From positions 44,679 through 108,678 of the forward strand of contig JAYUBK010000015.1 of the NCBI GenBank assembly GCA_043740835.1: a stretch of 64,000 nucleotides of DNA, read 5' to 3'. The DNA is from Chloroflexota bacterium (lineage in GTDB: Bacteria; Chloroflexota; Dormibacteria; Dormibacterales; Dormibacteraceae). Position 1 is the first letter of the stretch. The number at the start of each line of letters is the position of its first letter. Shown here in pieces: positions 38,452-47,415 of this stretch. The position numbers and the translations under genes are program-made. The notes below the pieces were generated by a model that saw only the letters and a program-made list of their open reading frames with translations, ran no database searches and was not told the DNA's origin.

Positions 38452-38817
38452 TTAGGCCAGCTCCATCTGGTCGCCGGGCTTGAGATGGAGCGGCCCGAGC
38501 GTCCCGGCGGGCATCTCGACGACCTTGCGTGCTCCGATGACGATCCAAACGACGCCGATCCATGGCGCGACACGCTCATAGACCTTCTTCACCCGATCGT
38601 TGCGATCCAGGAACAGCGCGTCGATCGGGAACCGCATGAACAGCATGTGGATGCCGTTGCAGGGATCGATCAGCATCGCTCGGCCGGGAGGCAGTGGACT
38701 GCGGAACATGAGCCCGATCCCGCGGCCGATGAAAGTACTCGGGATCTCCAGGCTGTCGGCGAGGACAGTTCCGGATGCAGGGTGGACCAGTCTCGACGGC
38801 CTCGGCACGCGGGCCAT
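38452..38817 (-). CDS. DUF192 domain protein
   Basis: ..RGIGLMFR......MLIDPCNGIHMLFMRFPIDALFLD.. is the typical DUF192 pattern. Start taken at MARVPRP (38817). Confidence 0.75.
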   Translation of the reverse strand: MARVPRPSRLVHPASGTVLADSLEIPSTFIGRGIGLMFRSPLPPGRAMLIDPCNGIHMLFMRFPIDALFLDRNDRVKKVYERVAPWIGVVWIVIGARKVVEMPAGTLGPLHLKPGDQMELA

Positions 38818-38833
38818 CCTACACTTCCGTCTC

Positions 38834-39577
38834 GTGCCCGATTTCAGCAGCGGCGGCGTTCGAATCAACTACGAGCTGATCGGACCCGATGATGGTCCGC
38901 CCACACTCCTCGTCCATGGTTTCGCCAGCAACTACACGCTCAACTGGCTCGGCTCGCGCTGGCAGGACACCCTGACGGGGGCCGGCCGCCTGGTCGTGGG
39001 CCCCGACCTCCGCGGCCACGGCCGGAGCGATAAGCCGCACGACCCGGCGGCCTACGGACCTCACATGGCCGCGGACCTCATCAATCTCCTCGACCACCTC
39101 GACATCGCGCGGGTCGACTATGTCGGCTACTCGATGGGTGCCCGCATCGGCCTGCAGGTGATCCTCAACAACCCCGAGCGCATCCACCGCGCCGTGCTGG
39201 GTGGGCTCGGCAGCATCGGCGCCTGGAGCAAGGCGCAGGCGGTGGCCGCACGCCTGCGGGGCGACACCACGATCGACGACCCGGTCGCCGAGTTTTTTTA
39301 CATGTTCGCCACCCGGAACAGGCAGGACAACGACCTCGAGGCGCTGGCCGCCTGCATCACCGGTCCGAGCATCGAGGTGAGCGACGAGCACCTGGCCGGA
39401 GTGCGCACAGCGGTGCTCCTCGCCGTCGGGGACAGGGATCCACTGGCAAGGGGCGCGCAGAAGCTGGCAGACGCCATCCCGACCTCGGAGTACATCGAAT
39501 TGCCCGGCCGCGATCACATGACCGCGGTCGTCTCGCGCCAGTTCAAGGAGAAGGCGCTGGCGTTCCTCGATCGCTAG
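38834..39577 (+). CDS. alpha/beta hydrolase
   Basis: ..LLVHGFASN.. and nucleophile elbow GYSMGA. GTG 38834 chosen as start; the track ORF start at 38600 overlaps the divergent DUF192 gene. Confidence 0.85.
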   Translation: MPDFSSGGVRINYELIGPDDGPPTLLVHGFASNYTLNWLGSRWQDTLTGAGRLVVGPDLRGHGRSDKPHDPAAYGPHMAADLINLLDHLDIARVDYVGYSMGARIGLQVILNNPERIHRAVLGGLGSIGAWSKAQAVAARLRGDTTIDDPVAEFFYMFATRNRQDNDLEALAACITGPSIEVSDEHLAGVRTAVLLAVGDRDPLARGAQKLADAIPTSEYIELPGRDHMTAVVSRQFKEKALAFLDR

Positions 39578-39588
39578 GAGAAAGCTGC

Positions 39589-40110
39589 CTAGCTTCCCAT
39601 CCGGTTGAAGCGCACGCGCCGCTTGCGGTGGTTGGTCTCGAGGTCGTTGGAAACGATGCTGATGGAGCCGTCCGCTTCCAGGACCCCCAGCTTCACCTGC
39701 TCGATCTTTTCGACCCCGTGCTCGCGTGCGGCCATCTCCAGCTCACCCTGATCAAGGTTCTCCCGACGAACGTTGTCGGTGAGGATCTTGCCGTCCTGAA
39801 TCAGGATCGTCGGGGACGGGGTGAAGAGGTTATGGAAGAATGGGATGCGGTCGAGTCGGGACACCCCGAGGTTGGCCAGGAGGAGCGAGACGATGATGAT
39901 CACACCTCCGGTCACTGAGCTGTCGGGGCCCGTCATCGCGGGCTGGACCGCGTTGGCGACGAGAAGCACTAGGACCAGGTCGAAAATCGTGAACTGTCCC
40001 ACTTCCCGTTTGCCGAATACGCGCAGCCCAATCAGCAGAACGCCGTAAATGACGACGGATCGGACGACGAGTTGCCACGCCGGAACGCCAAGTTGGAGGA
40101 AGTCAGGCAT
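39589..40110 (-). CDS. DUF421 (YetF-like) membrane protein
   Basis: Three N-terminal TM helices (..RVFGKREVGQFTIFDLVLVLLVANAV..) followed by a soluble C-terminal domain. Confidence 0.8.
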   Translation of the reverse strand: MPDFLQLGVPAWQLVVRSVVIYGVLLIGLRVFGKREVGQFTIFDLVLVLLVANAVQPAMTGPDSSVTGGVIIIVSLLLANLGVSRLDRIPFFHNLFTPSPTILIQDGKILTDNVRRENLDQGELEMAAREHGVEKIEQVKLGVLEADGSISIVSNDLETNHRKRRVRFNRMGS

Positions 40111-40181
40111 GCGTCATCCCTTCCGTGCAGCGCCTGGACACGGGTCGTGAGAGGAGAGCCGGAAGCGTTCTTCCAGGGGGC

Positions 40182-41117
40182 TTAACCGCTGCGCGCCTTC
40201 ATGATGATCAGCACGGCAGGGCCGAGCAGGATCAGCCACAGTGTCGGGAAGATGCAGCCGACCATCGGAAGCATCATCTTGAGTGAGGCCTGGGCGGCCT
40301 TCTCCTCTGCCCGCTGACGCCGCTTGCGCCGCATCTCCTCGGATTGGAGGCGGAGGATCTTGGCGAGACCCACACCCATCTGTTCCGACTGGATAACGGC
40401 CTGGGTGAAGTTGTGCAGGTCTTCAACACCGCAGCGGCGGCCCATGTCGTCGAGCGCCTCCAGTCGCGGCCGGCCGAGTCGAACCTCCTGGAGGACGGTG
40501 TTGAACTCGTCGGCGAGGGCGTTCTTGAACTTGTCGGTTACGCGGGCCACGGCAGCGTCGAAACCAAGGCCCGCTTCGACGGCGATCGTCAGCAGGTCCA
40601 TGACGTCGGGAAGCGAGAGCTGGATCTCCTTGCGGCGCTTCTGAACCTCACCGTTGAGCCAGAAGGGAGGGCCGTAGTAACCGAGCACGGCGCCGACGGC
40701 CGCGGAGACGGCGAGCGCTACGGGGCTGTGGAAGAGCAGGCCGAGCAGGAGCCCGACGATGAAGAGGACCACCGCGAGGCCGAGGCGAAGGGCCGAGAAG
40801 TCAGAGGGCGACAGGTTGCCCGGCCGTCCCGCCAGGTTGAGTCGGTTCTGGAGGTCCTGGCGCTGCTTGTCGGGCGTTCGGTTGGCCAGGTACTTGCCGA
40901 GCCTCTCGATGGTGGGGCGGACGAAGCGCTCCTCGAACGATTTCTGGAGCTCGACCTCGTCGAGGGTCAAGGGCTTCTGCCCGGCGAAGGCCTGGAGGCG
41001 CTCCTGGACCATGTCCCCGGAGAGGGCGCTGGCATTGCGCGCCGAATACATGCCCCAGAACACGAGGAAGACCCCGCCTGCGGCGAGGACTCCGAACAGC
41101 AGCATCTGTGGGGGCAT
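40182..41117 (-). CDS. tadC: Flp pilus assembly membrane protein TadC (T2SS-F family)
   Basis: T2SSF-type domain (..LSLPDVMDLLTIAVEAGLGFDAAV..) with flanking TM helices. Follows tadB. Confidence 0.85.
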   Translation of the reverse strand: MPPQMLLFGVLAAGGVFLVFWGMYSARNASALSGDMVQERLQAFAGQKPLTLDEVELQKSFEERFVRPTIERLGKYLANRTPDKQRQDLQNRLNLAGRPGNLSPSDFSALRLGLAVVLFIVGLLLGLLFHSPVALAVSAAVGAVLGYYGPPFWLNGEVQKRRKEIQLSLPDVMDLLTIAVEAGLGFDAAVARVTDKFKNALADEFNTVLQEVRLGRPRLEALDDMGRRCGVEDLHNFTQAVIQSEQMGVGLAKILRLQSEEMRRKRRQRAEEKAAQASLKMMLPMVGCIFPTLWLILLGPAVLIIMKARSG

Positions 41118-41123
41118 TTTTCG

Positions 41124-42125
41124 CTAGACCTCGATTGCGGTGACTTTACCCATCACCAGATTGCCAAGGAAGATCATGAAGCAGGCCGCGCCGAGGATTG
41201 CCCATCCCACCGGGCTCTCGGTCATCGGCTTGAAGTAGGTAGGCGTCGCGAAGTACATGAAGACGGCAAGGATGATGGGGAGCCCGGTGATCAGCTGGCC
41301 GGAAGAGCGGGCGCTTGCCGTCAGTGTTGCGATCTGACCCTTGATCCGGATGCGCTCGCGAATCGTGAAGGCGATGTTGTCGAGGATCTCGGCCAAATTT
41401 CCGCCCACGGTGCGGTGGATTGCCACTGCGGTCACCATCAGGTCAAGATCGTCCGACTCGATGCGCTTCACCATGCTGCCCAGCGACTCTTCGATGGTGC
41501 CACCCAGGTTCATCTCGCGAACTGCTCGGGTGAACTCGTCCGCGATCGGCGGGCTGGCGTTCTTGGCGACGGTGTCCACCGCCTGGGCGAAGGAATAGCC
41601 GGCCTTGAGGGCATTGGAAAGCAGGATCAGAGTGTCACCCAACTGGTTGTTGAACGCCTTGAGCCGCGCCTTCTGGCGAAAGTTCACGTAGATGCCGGGG
41701 ATGAAGTAGCCGCCGACGCCCATCAGCACGGGGGCTAGGCCGATGCCTCCGAAGCGAATGACGCCGATGACGAAGAGCAGGAGAACGAGGCCGATCTGGA
41801 TCATGAAGTACTCCGACGTCCGCAGCTTGAGGTCGGCCTTGGCCAGGTTCTCCTGGAGTGAAGGCTTGCCCTTCTTCACGTTGCCCTTGCCGGCCTGATC
41901 GGCCAGGGGCTGGAAGATCCTGGCGACTCGCTCGCGGAAATTGGTGGGTGCGGGGACGGCAGGAAGACTCCCCGGAAAGCTGAGCGCACCCGCCTCGATG
42001 ACGCCGTACTCGGCCAGGCGCGCGGTGAGATCGGAGGATGCGGTGCGAACCTGGGCCAGGCCATAGAAGACAGCCATCACGCCCAGGCCGGCGATGATCG
42101 CGACGGCGATATGAGTCAGGTCCAT
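41124..42125 (-). CDS. tadB: Flp pilus assembly membrane protein TadB (T2SS-F family)
   Basis: T2SSF-type domain (..LGDTLILLSNALKAGYSFAQAV..). Lies downstream of cpaF. Confidence 0.85.
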   Translation of the reverse strand: MDLTHIAVAIIAGLGVMAVFYGLAQVRTASSDLTARLAEYGVIEAGALSFPGSLPAVPAPTNFRERVARIFQPLADQAGKGNVKKGKPSLQENLAKADLKLRTSEYFMIQIGLVLLLFVIGVIRFGGIGLAPVLMGVGGYFIPGIYVNFRQKARLKAFNNQLGDTLILLSNALKAGYSFAQAVDTVAKNASPPIADEFTRAVREMNLGGTIEESLGSMVKRIESDDLDLMVTAVAIHRTVGGNLAEILDNIAFTIRERIRIKGQIATLTASARSSGQLITGLPIILAVFMYFATPTYFKPMTESPVGWAILGAACFMIFLGNLVMGKVTAIEV

Positions 42126-42156
42126 GTCGGTCTACGCGCTCCTAAGTGTTCGGATT

Positions 42157-43716
42157 TCAGTAGAGCTCCTCAAAGGCGGGCTCGGATACAGGTATGAACA
42201 ACTCGTCGGGAAGATCCTCGCCGGCGGCTCTGATGGCGTCATGGCGCATCGGCTTGATGCCGGTCGCGGTGTGGTAGCCCACTGCCTTGCCATCGCGGAG
42301 GTTCACCTGCTTGAAAACGAAGATCTCCTGGGTCTGGATCTCGCCCTGGTTGATGCCGGTGATCTCAACGATGGAGACGATCTTGCGCGGTCCGCCGCGG
42401 AGGCGCTGCTGCTGAACGATGATGTGTACGGCGGCGGCCATCTGCTCGCGGATGGCCCGCGAGGGAAGGTCGGCGCCGGCCATCAGCACGAGAGTCTCCA
42501 GACGACCGAGAGCCTCGTGCGGGTTGTTGGCATGAAGCGTCGACATGGACCCGTCGTGACCGGTGTTCATCGCCTGCAGCATGTCAAGGGCCTCGCCACC
42601 GCGGCACTCTCCGACGATGATCCTGTCGGGCCGCATGCGGAGGCAGTTCTTGACGAGGTCGCGGATGGGCACGGCACCCTTGCCCTCCACGTTGGCGGGG
42701 CGGGACTCGAGGGTGATCACATGGTCCTGCTGGAGCGAAAGTTCGGCGGCGTCCTCGCAGGTGATGATCCGCTCCTCAGCCGGGATGAACGTCGACAGGA
42801 TGTTAAGCAGCGTCGTCTTTCCGGAGCCGGTGCCGCCCGAGACGATGCAATTGAGGCGGGCACGAACCGCCGCCTTGAGGAAGTGGATCATCTGCGGCGT
42901 CGCCGACTTGAAGACGAGCAGGTCGTTCGGTCCCAGCTTCTCCTTGGAGAACTTTCGGATCGTCATGCAGGGCCCTTTCAGGGCGAGGGGCGGGATGATG
43001 ACGTTGACACGGGAGCCGTCCTTCAGGCGGGCGTCGGCCATCGGTGAGGACTCGTCGACGCGGCGGCCGATCGAGCTGACGACGCGGTCAATGACCCTCA
43101 TGAGCTGCTTGTCGCTCTCAAAGGTCACGTCGGAGAGCATCGGCTGGCCACGGCGCTCGATGTAGATCTGCTTGGGGTGGTTGATCATGATTTCGGTGAT
43201 GTCGTTGTCGTTGAGGAGGATCTCCAGTGGACCAAGTCCGAGGATGTCGTCCATCAGAGATTCGATGAGCCTTTCCTTGTCCGACCGCGTCATCGTCAGG
43301 CCTGAATTGCGCACGTAGTCATCGGCCAGCTCCACGATCTTCTCGCGGACGAACTCGCGGTCGGTGACGTCGATCTTGTTGGCGTACTGCTCCAGGAGCT
43401 TGGCGTGGACCGTCGTCTTGGCGGAGGCGAAGGCCGGGGTGATGGCGATGGCGCCGCTGATGCCGCCAGCACGCTCAGCGAGGCCGCCGGGCGTGGTCGG
43501 GGGCGGAGCGGGGGCTGCCGGAGCGGGCACGACCGGGTGCGTTGCCGTGGCGCCGACGCCCGAGGCGGGGCTGGCCGGCGCCGCGAAGGTGGAGGGAACA
43601 GGGGGACCGCCGTTTCCCGCAGTCGGCGTGCTGGGGACCGGCGGAGACAGGGTCGGGGCGCTGGGTGCGCCAGACCGCTGCTGGTTCGCCTGGTTCACGC
43701 GGTCGAGGAGGCCCAT
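42157..43716 (-). CDS. cpaF: Flp pilus assembly ATPase CpaF/TadA
   Basis: 519 aa with a Pro/Ala-rich N-terminus. Motifs: Walker A SGGTGSGKTT, ..IITCEDAAEL.., ..RPDRIIVGECRGGEA.. and ..NTGHDGSMSTLHANN.. Confidence 0.95.
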   Translation of the reverse strand: MGLLDRVNQANQQRSGAPSAPTLSPPVPSTPTAGNGGPPVPSTFAAPASPASGVGATATHPVVPAPAAPAPPPTTPGGLAERAGGISGAIAITPAFASAKTTVHAKLLEQYANKIDVTDREFVREKIVELADDYVRNSGLTMTRSDKERLIESLMDDILGLGPLEILLNDNDITEIMINHPKQIYIERRGQPMLSDVTFESDKQLMRVIDRVVSSIGRRVDESSPMADARLKDGSRVNVIIPPLALKGPCMTIRKFSKEKLGPNDLLVFKSATPQMIHFLKAAVRARLNCIVSGGTGSGKTTLLNILSTFIPAEERIITCEDAAELSLQQDHVITLESRPANVEGKGAVPIRDLVKNCLRMRPDRIIVGECRGGEALDMLQAMNTGHDGSMSTLHANNPHEALGRLETLVLMAGADLPSRAIREQMAAAVHIIVQQQRLRGGPRKIVSIVEITGINQGEIQTQEIFVFKQVNLRDGKAVGYHTATGIKPMRHDAIRAAGEDLPDELFIPVSEPAFEELY

Positions 43717-43727
43717 CTGTTTAAGTG

Positions 43728-44972
43728 CTAGCCCCCGGGGGTCTTGGTCCAGAAGGCCAGGCGTTTGCCTGACCTCGCGGACCGGCCCTCGGAGCCGCCC
43801 AAGGGTACCAGAGAACCTACGAGTTCACGAATCTTTTGGCTGATGTCGGCCTCCGGAAAAAGCTTTGTGAAGGGCTCCGCCCGCTGCACGCTCTTGAGCA
43901 TCAGCTTTCCGTCACTGGGAAGGCGGACCAGGATCTTGGTTTCGAGGCTCGCCTCCACCTGGTGCACGGTGATGCCCGAGTTCGTTTCGGACCGATTGAG
44001 CACCAGCTTGATCCGCGTCGGCGGAATGTTGAGGCGCTGGAAGACGCGCAGCGCGAGCTTCGCCTCCTTCACGGCGGGCAGGCTGAGATCGACGAGGACG
44101 ACAATATGGTCAGCTCGTTCGATCGCCTCCAGCGTCACCTCGCCGAGGTGCGAGCTCGTGTCCACAACGACGTGGTCGAAACCCTCCTGGAGGATGCCGA
44201 GGATGGCCCGGGCGTGTTCGGCGGTTACGAGGTCGGCGTACTCCGGGCTCGGAGGCCCGAGGAGCACCCGGAACCCCCCGGGCGCCTCGGGCATCAGCGA
44301 CTCGATGAAGTCCTGGTCGACGTTGGGGTATGCCTCGACGACCTGGAAGATGTTGCGACCCGAGTCGAGGCCGAGGAGGACGCCGACATCGCCGAATTGG
44401 AGGTCGAAGTCAACCAGCGCGACGCGCCCCTGGGTCTCCTTGACGAGGGTCGCTGCCACGTTGATCGCAAGCATCGACTTGCCGACGCCGCCCTTGCCGC
44501 TGAACACCAGCGTGATGACCCCGGGACGCTTTTCGGGCGGCTCCTCGGCATCGGACTCGCCGTCCCTCCCGTCCTCGGCGGCACCCAACGCCTGCTGGCG
44601 CTTGATGATTTCGAGCTGGTGGACACGTCGGAGCGCCGCCACCAGCTCGTCGCCGCTGAAGGGTTTGACAAGGAACTCCCGTGCGCCCGCTTCCATGCCG
44701 CGCCGGAGGTACTCGCGGTCCTCCTGCACCGACATCAGGACAACCGCCGCATGCGGTGGCTCGTCGACGAGGATTTCCGTCGCTCGGATGCCGTCGCGGC
44801 CGGGCATGTTGACATCCATGAGGACGACGTCCGGCAGGAGCCGGCGGACCTCCTCGATCCCGGCATCAGCGTTCAGCGCCGTCGAGACGACGTCAATGTC
44901 GTCCTCGAAGCCGAGAAGCTTGCGGAGGTTATCGAGCGTCGCCGGGACGTCATCGATGATGACGACCCTGAT
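43728..44972 (-). CDS. cpaE: CpaE/TadZ-like ParA/MinD ATPase fused to an N-terminal receiver (REC) domain
   Basis: REC domain (IRVVIIDD ... VVLMDVNMPGRDG ... KPF), a linker, and the deviant Walker A FSGKGGVGKS. The REC N-terminus lies upstream of the first ATG (44819). An ATC at 44972 follows a GGAGGAG SD after a 9-nt spacer. Confidence 0.8.
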   Translation of the reverse strand: MRVVIIDDVPATLDNLRKLLGFEDDIDVVSTALNADAGIEEVRRLLPDVVLMDVNMPGRDGIRATEILVDEPPHAAVVLMSVQEDREYLRRGMEAGAREFLVKPFSGDELVAALRRVHQLEIIKRQQALGAAEDGRDGESDAEEPPEKRPGVITLVFSGKGGVGKSMLAINVAATLVKETQGRVALVDFDLQFGDVGVLLGLDSGRNIFQVVEAYPNVDQDFIESLMPEAPGGFRVLLGPPSPEYADLVTAEHARAILGILQEGFDHVVVDTSSHLGEVTLEAIERADHIVVLVDLSLPAVKEAKLALRVFQRLNIPPTRIKLVLNRSETNSGITVHQVEASLETKILVRLPSDGKLMLKSVQRAEPFTKLFPEADISQKIRELVGSLVPLGGSEGRSARSGKRLAFWTKTPGG

Positions 44973-44993
44973 CGGTAGGTTCTCCTCCGTGGC

Positions 44994-45902
44994 TTACCCG
45001 CTCAACGCCTGCGCAAAGGCCGGAAACTTGGCGATGATGTCGTCGGCCCTGACACCGGCTATTGCTCGTGCTGCGTTGACGCTGTTGCAGCTGGCGTCGG
45101 GGGCGGTCGGCGTCGACGCGTAGTCCTTATACGACTCGAGGATGTAAGTGACCTGCGCGTTGTTCTGGAACCATTTGAGATACGAGGCGTCGCACGCCGT
45201 CGTCATGACCGTCAGGCTCGTCGCGGCGGCCGTTGGCGGGGGCTGCGCCCCCGCTCCCTGGCCGCTGGACCCACCCGCCGGGGCAGTTGAAAGGTTGGCG
45301 GCGCCCACGCGCAGGATGCGGAGATTGGAGAAGACGACCGCCGCCGCTGCCTTCTTGGCCGATCCCATGGTGGCGACGACCGAGATGTAGTCACCGGGCT
45401 GGGGGTAGTTGGCCACTCCGATCTGCTCGCTGGTCGGGATCGTGAACGCGACGTAACCGGCCGGGATGGGGAGGAATGCGGCTTGGGCGCCGGCAACCGC
45501 GTCACCGGGCTTGGCGACGAGGTTGGCGAGGATCGGCTGGTCCTTCGAGATGTTGACCTCGGCGATGTCGTTCTGAACGAGCTTCAACGCCTCCGACAGC
45601 AACTGTTCGGACTTGACGGAGGACGCCACCGTGAAGGCGCCGGGGGGCACGTCGCTCTGTGCGATGTTCTTGATCTGGAGCTGATCGGCCGAGAGGATCT
45701 GCGTCCGCAGCGGGATGTCCTTGCCCGCGTAGACGACGTGCGTTGTCGGGCCACCCACACCACCTGACTTGGTGGAACCCAGGTTCGAGAGGACGAATAC
45801 GGCGCCGAAGGCGACTAGCGCCAGGAAAGCACCAATGATGATGAAAATCCGACCGCCGCTGGCCGCACGTGGTCGCGATGGTCCGGGGGGCGCTACTGCC
45901 AT
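44994..45902 (-). CDS. cpaB: Flp pilus assembly protein CpaB/RcpC (SAF domain)
   Basis: N-terminal TM helix (RIFIIIGAFLALVAFGAVFVL) followed by a SAF-like segment (..VVYAGKDIPLRTQIL..). GGAGGTGA SD upstream. Confidence 0.85.
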   Translation of the reverse strand: MAVAPPGPSRPRAASGGRIFIIIGAFLALVAFGAVFVLSNLGSTKSGGVGGPTTHVVYAGKDIPLRTQILSADQLQIKNIAQSDVPPGAFTVASSVKSEQLLSEALKLVQNDIAEVNISKDQPILANLVAKPGDAVAGAQAAFLPIPAGYVAFTIPTSEQIGVANYPQPGDYISVVATMGSAKKAAAAVVFSNLRILRVGAANLSTAPAGGSSGQGAGAQPPPTAAATSLTVMTTACDASYLKWFQNNAQVTYILESYKDYASTPTAPDASCNSVNAARAIAGVRADDIIAKFPAFAQALSG

Positions 45903-46031
45903 TGGTTTACCTCACCTCCGAGAGCTCGGGGTTGAAAGATCGTCGCCATTATATGGACGCTTCGGCGTGAATCCGACGACGCTGGTCACGGGTGCTGCCG
46001 ATCGCCACAGCGCAGTGGCGGGAAATCGCGA

Positions 46032-46056
46032 GAGAGCCCCGGCGGCCGGGGCTCTC
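46032..46056 (-). terminator. strong stem-loop downstream of flp-1 (attenuator/terminator candidate)
   Basis: GAGAGCCCCGG-CCG-CCGGGGCTCTC (11-bp perfect stem) about 30 nt after the flp-1 stop. Only a weak T-tract follows. Confidence 0.55.
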
Positions 46057-46084
46057 CGCGAAGAATGGTTTCTCTGGCCGCAGA

Positions 46085-46261
46085 CTAGGTGTTAAGAGCG
46101 CTGACAACGTTCGAGAAGACGTTCTTGATCTGACCACCCATCGTAAGAAGGATGACGATGACGACGATCGAGACGAGAACCAGGATCAAGGCGTACTCCA
46201 CCATTCCCTGACCTTCCTGGCGAATGAGCAGATTCCGCATTTTCCAGCTGAGATTCATCAT
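46085..46261 (-). CDS. flp: Flp family type IVb pilin (58 aa prepilin)
   Basis: MMNLSWKMRNLLIRQEG-QGMVEYALILVLVSIVVIVILL.. carries the Flp G-x4-EY processing motif. AAGGAGGTG SD upstream. Confidence 0.9.
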   Translation of the reverse strand: MMNLSWKMRNLLIRQEGQGMVEYALILVLVSIVVIVILLTMGGQIKNVFSNVVSALNT

Positions 46262-46380
46262 TTCCTGTTTCACCTCCTTGGCTCCCGGTTGGGGGCTTGC
46301 TCGATGTGTAACGGGCGTCCATCCTCGTTCTTGCGCCTGACGAACCACCCGGTCTGTCCAAGTCGCTCCGTCCAGGTGCG

Positions 46381-47415
46381 CTAGAGGCCGTTGGCGATCG
46401 TCGGCGGCAGTTTGTAGAGCTGACGGACGTCGGCGATCGATGCGCCACGAACGTCGATGCGCTCAGCACTGACACTGCCCAGGCCCCAGGCGCCGGCGAG
46501 TCGGACGTGGTCCGGCGTGGTGGGGTCGATGCCCATGATCCGGCTGCAGGTCGCGTCGACAGCGACGCAGTCGGTGCCCATCACGACAACGCCCGTGCGC
46601 CGCGGGTCCCCGAAGATCGGGCCGTCCCCCTCCATCCCGATGATGCCGTCGACGAGCGCCAGGTGGGGCCGAAAGGTCGCGTACAGGGCCAGGATCGCGA
46701 GCGGGATCCCGTGCCAGTGGAGAATGTTCTTTGGCCATCCGTAGCGGCTTCCGGGAACGATCCCAAAGAGATTCTTCAGGCTCAGCGACACGCCCGCCCA
46801 GTGGTGGGCTTTGAGCTTGGGCATGGAGACGAAGTAGTCGGCGTCGACGACGGTCTTGGGCGCGAACAGGGTGGGGATGGACCAGTAACCGCCCTTGAGA
46901 GGGGTCTCGACGAGGTCGTCATGGTTGAGGTCCACGAAGCGGACGCCATGCCGCGCCAGCATCACGTCGACGCCCGTCCGGGCCAGAAGTGTCTGCGAAT
47001 CGCTTTCAAAGGCGGCACCTTCGGCGACTATGATCTCGGCCGCGCCAAGATCCTTGAATAGGCCAATCGCCGCTTCGATGAAGCGAACGTCGGTCGTCGC
47101 GGGCCCGCTTGAGCCGATCGCCACCAGGTTGGGCTTGAGCACGACCCGCTTTCCTCTAACCTTCGCGACCGAATCTCCGCTGAGCTGCCACGCGTGGTGG
47201 AGCGCCCCTTCCAGGTCGGCGCCGTAGTCCGCGCTGCGAGTGATGGCAACCGCCGGCCGTGGCCCGAGGTAGACGCCGAGTGCCTGCAGACGCCAGCGAG
47301 CAAGGTCGAGCGGGCTGAAGCCGCCGAACCACTGGCTGAGGTAGGCGGTCTCGCCGGCTATCAAACCCAGCAAGCCAATTCGAATCAGGTTGCGGCGGGT
47401 GAGCTTCCGCTTCAA
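46381..47415 (-). CDS. DUF362 domain protein with twin-arginine signal
   Basis: TTG at 47415 overlaps the upstream TGA (TTGA) and gives MKRKLTRRNLIRIGLLGLIAG.. (Tat motif TRRNLI). DUF362-type core ..GKRVVLKPNLV.. Confidence 0.8.
   Translation of the reverse strand: MKRKLTRRNLIRIGLLGLIAGETAYLSQWFGGFSPLDLARWRLQALGVYLGPRPAVAITRSADYGADLEGALHHAWQLSGDSVAKVRGKRVVLKPNLVAIGSSGPATTDVRFIEAAIGLFKDLGAAEIIVAEGAAFESDSQTLLARTGVDVMLARHGVRFVDLNHDDLVETPLKGGYWSIPTLFAPKTVVDADYFVSMPKLKAHHWAGVSLSLKNLFGIVPGSRYGWPKNILHWHGIPLAILALYATFRPHLALVDGIIGMEGDGPIFGDPRRTGVVVMGTDCVAVDATCSRIMGIDPTTPDHVRLAGAWGLGSVSAERIDVRGASIADVRQLYKLPPTIANGL

Noticed and set aside
40344-45123. Long plus-strand ORFs across the Tad locus (40344..41738, 42124..43047, 43744..45123, 43836..44978)
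   Set aside because: Antisense to tadC/tadB/cpaF/cpaE. The composition is dominated by Arg, Gly, Asp and Ser, and there are no domains.
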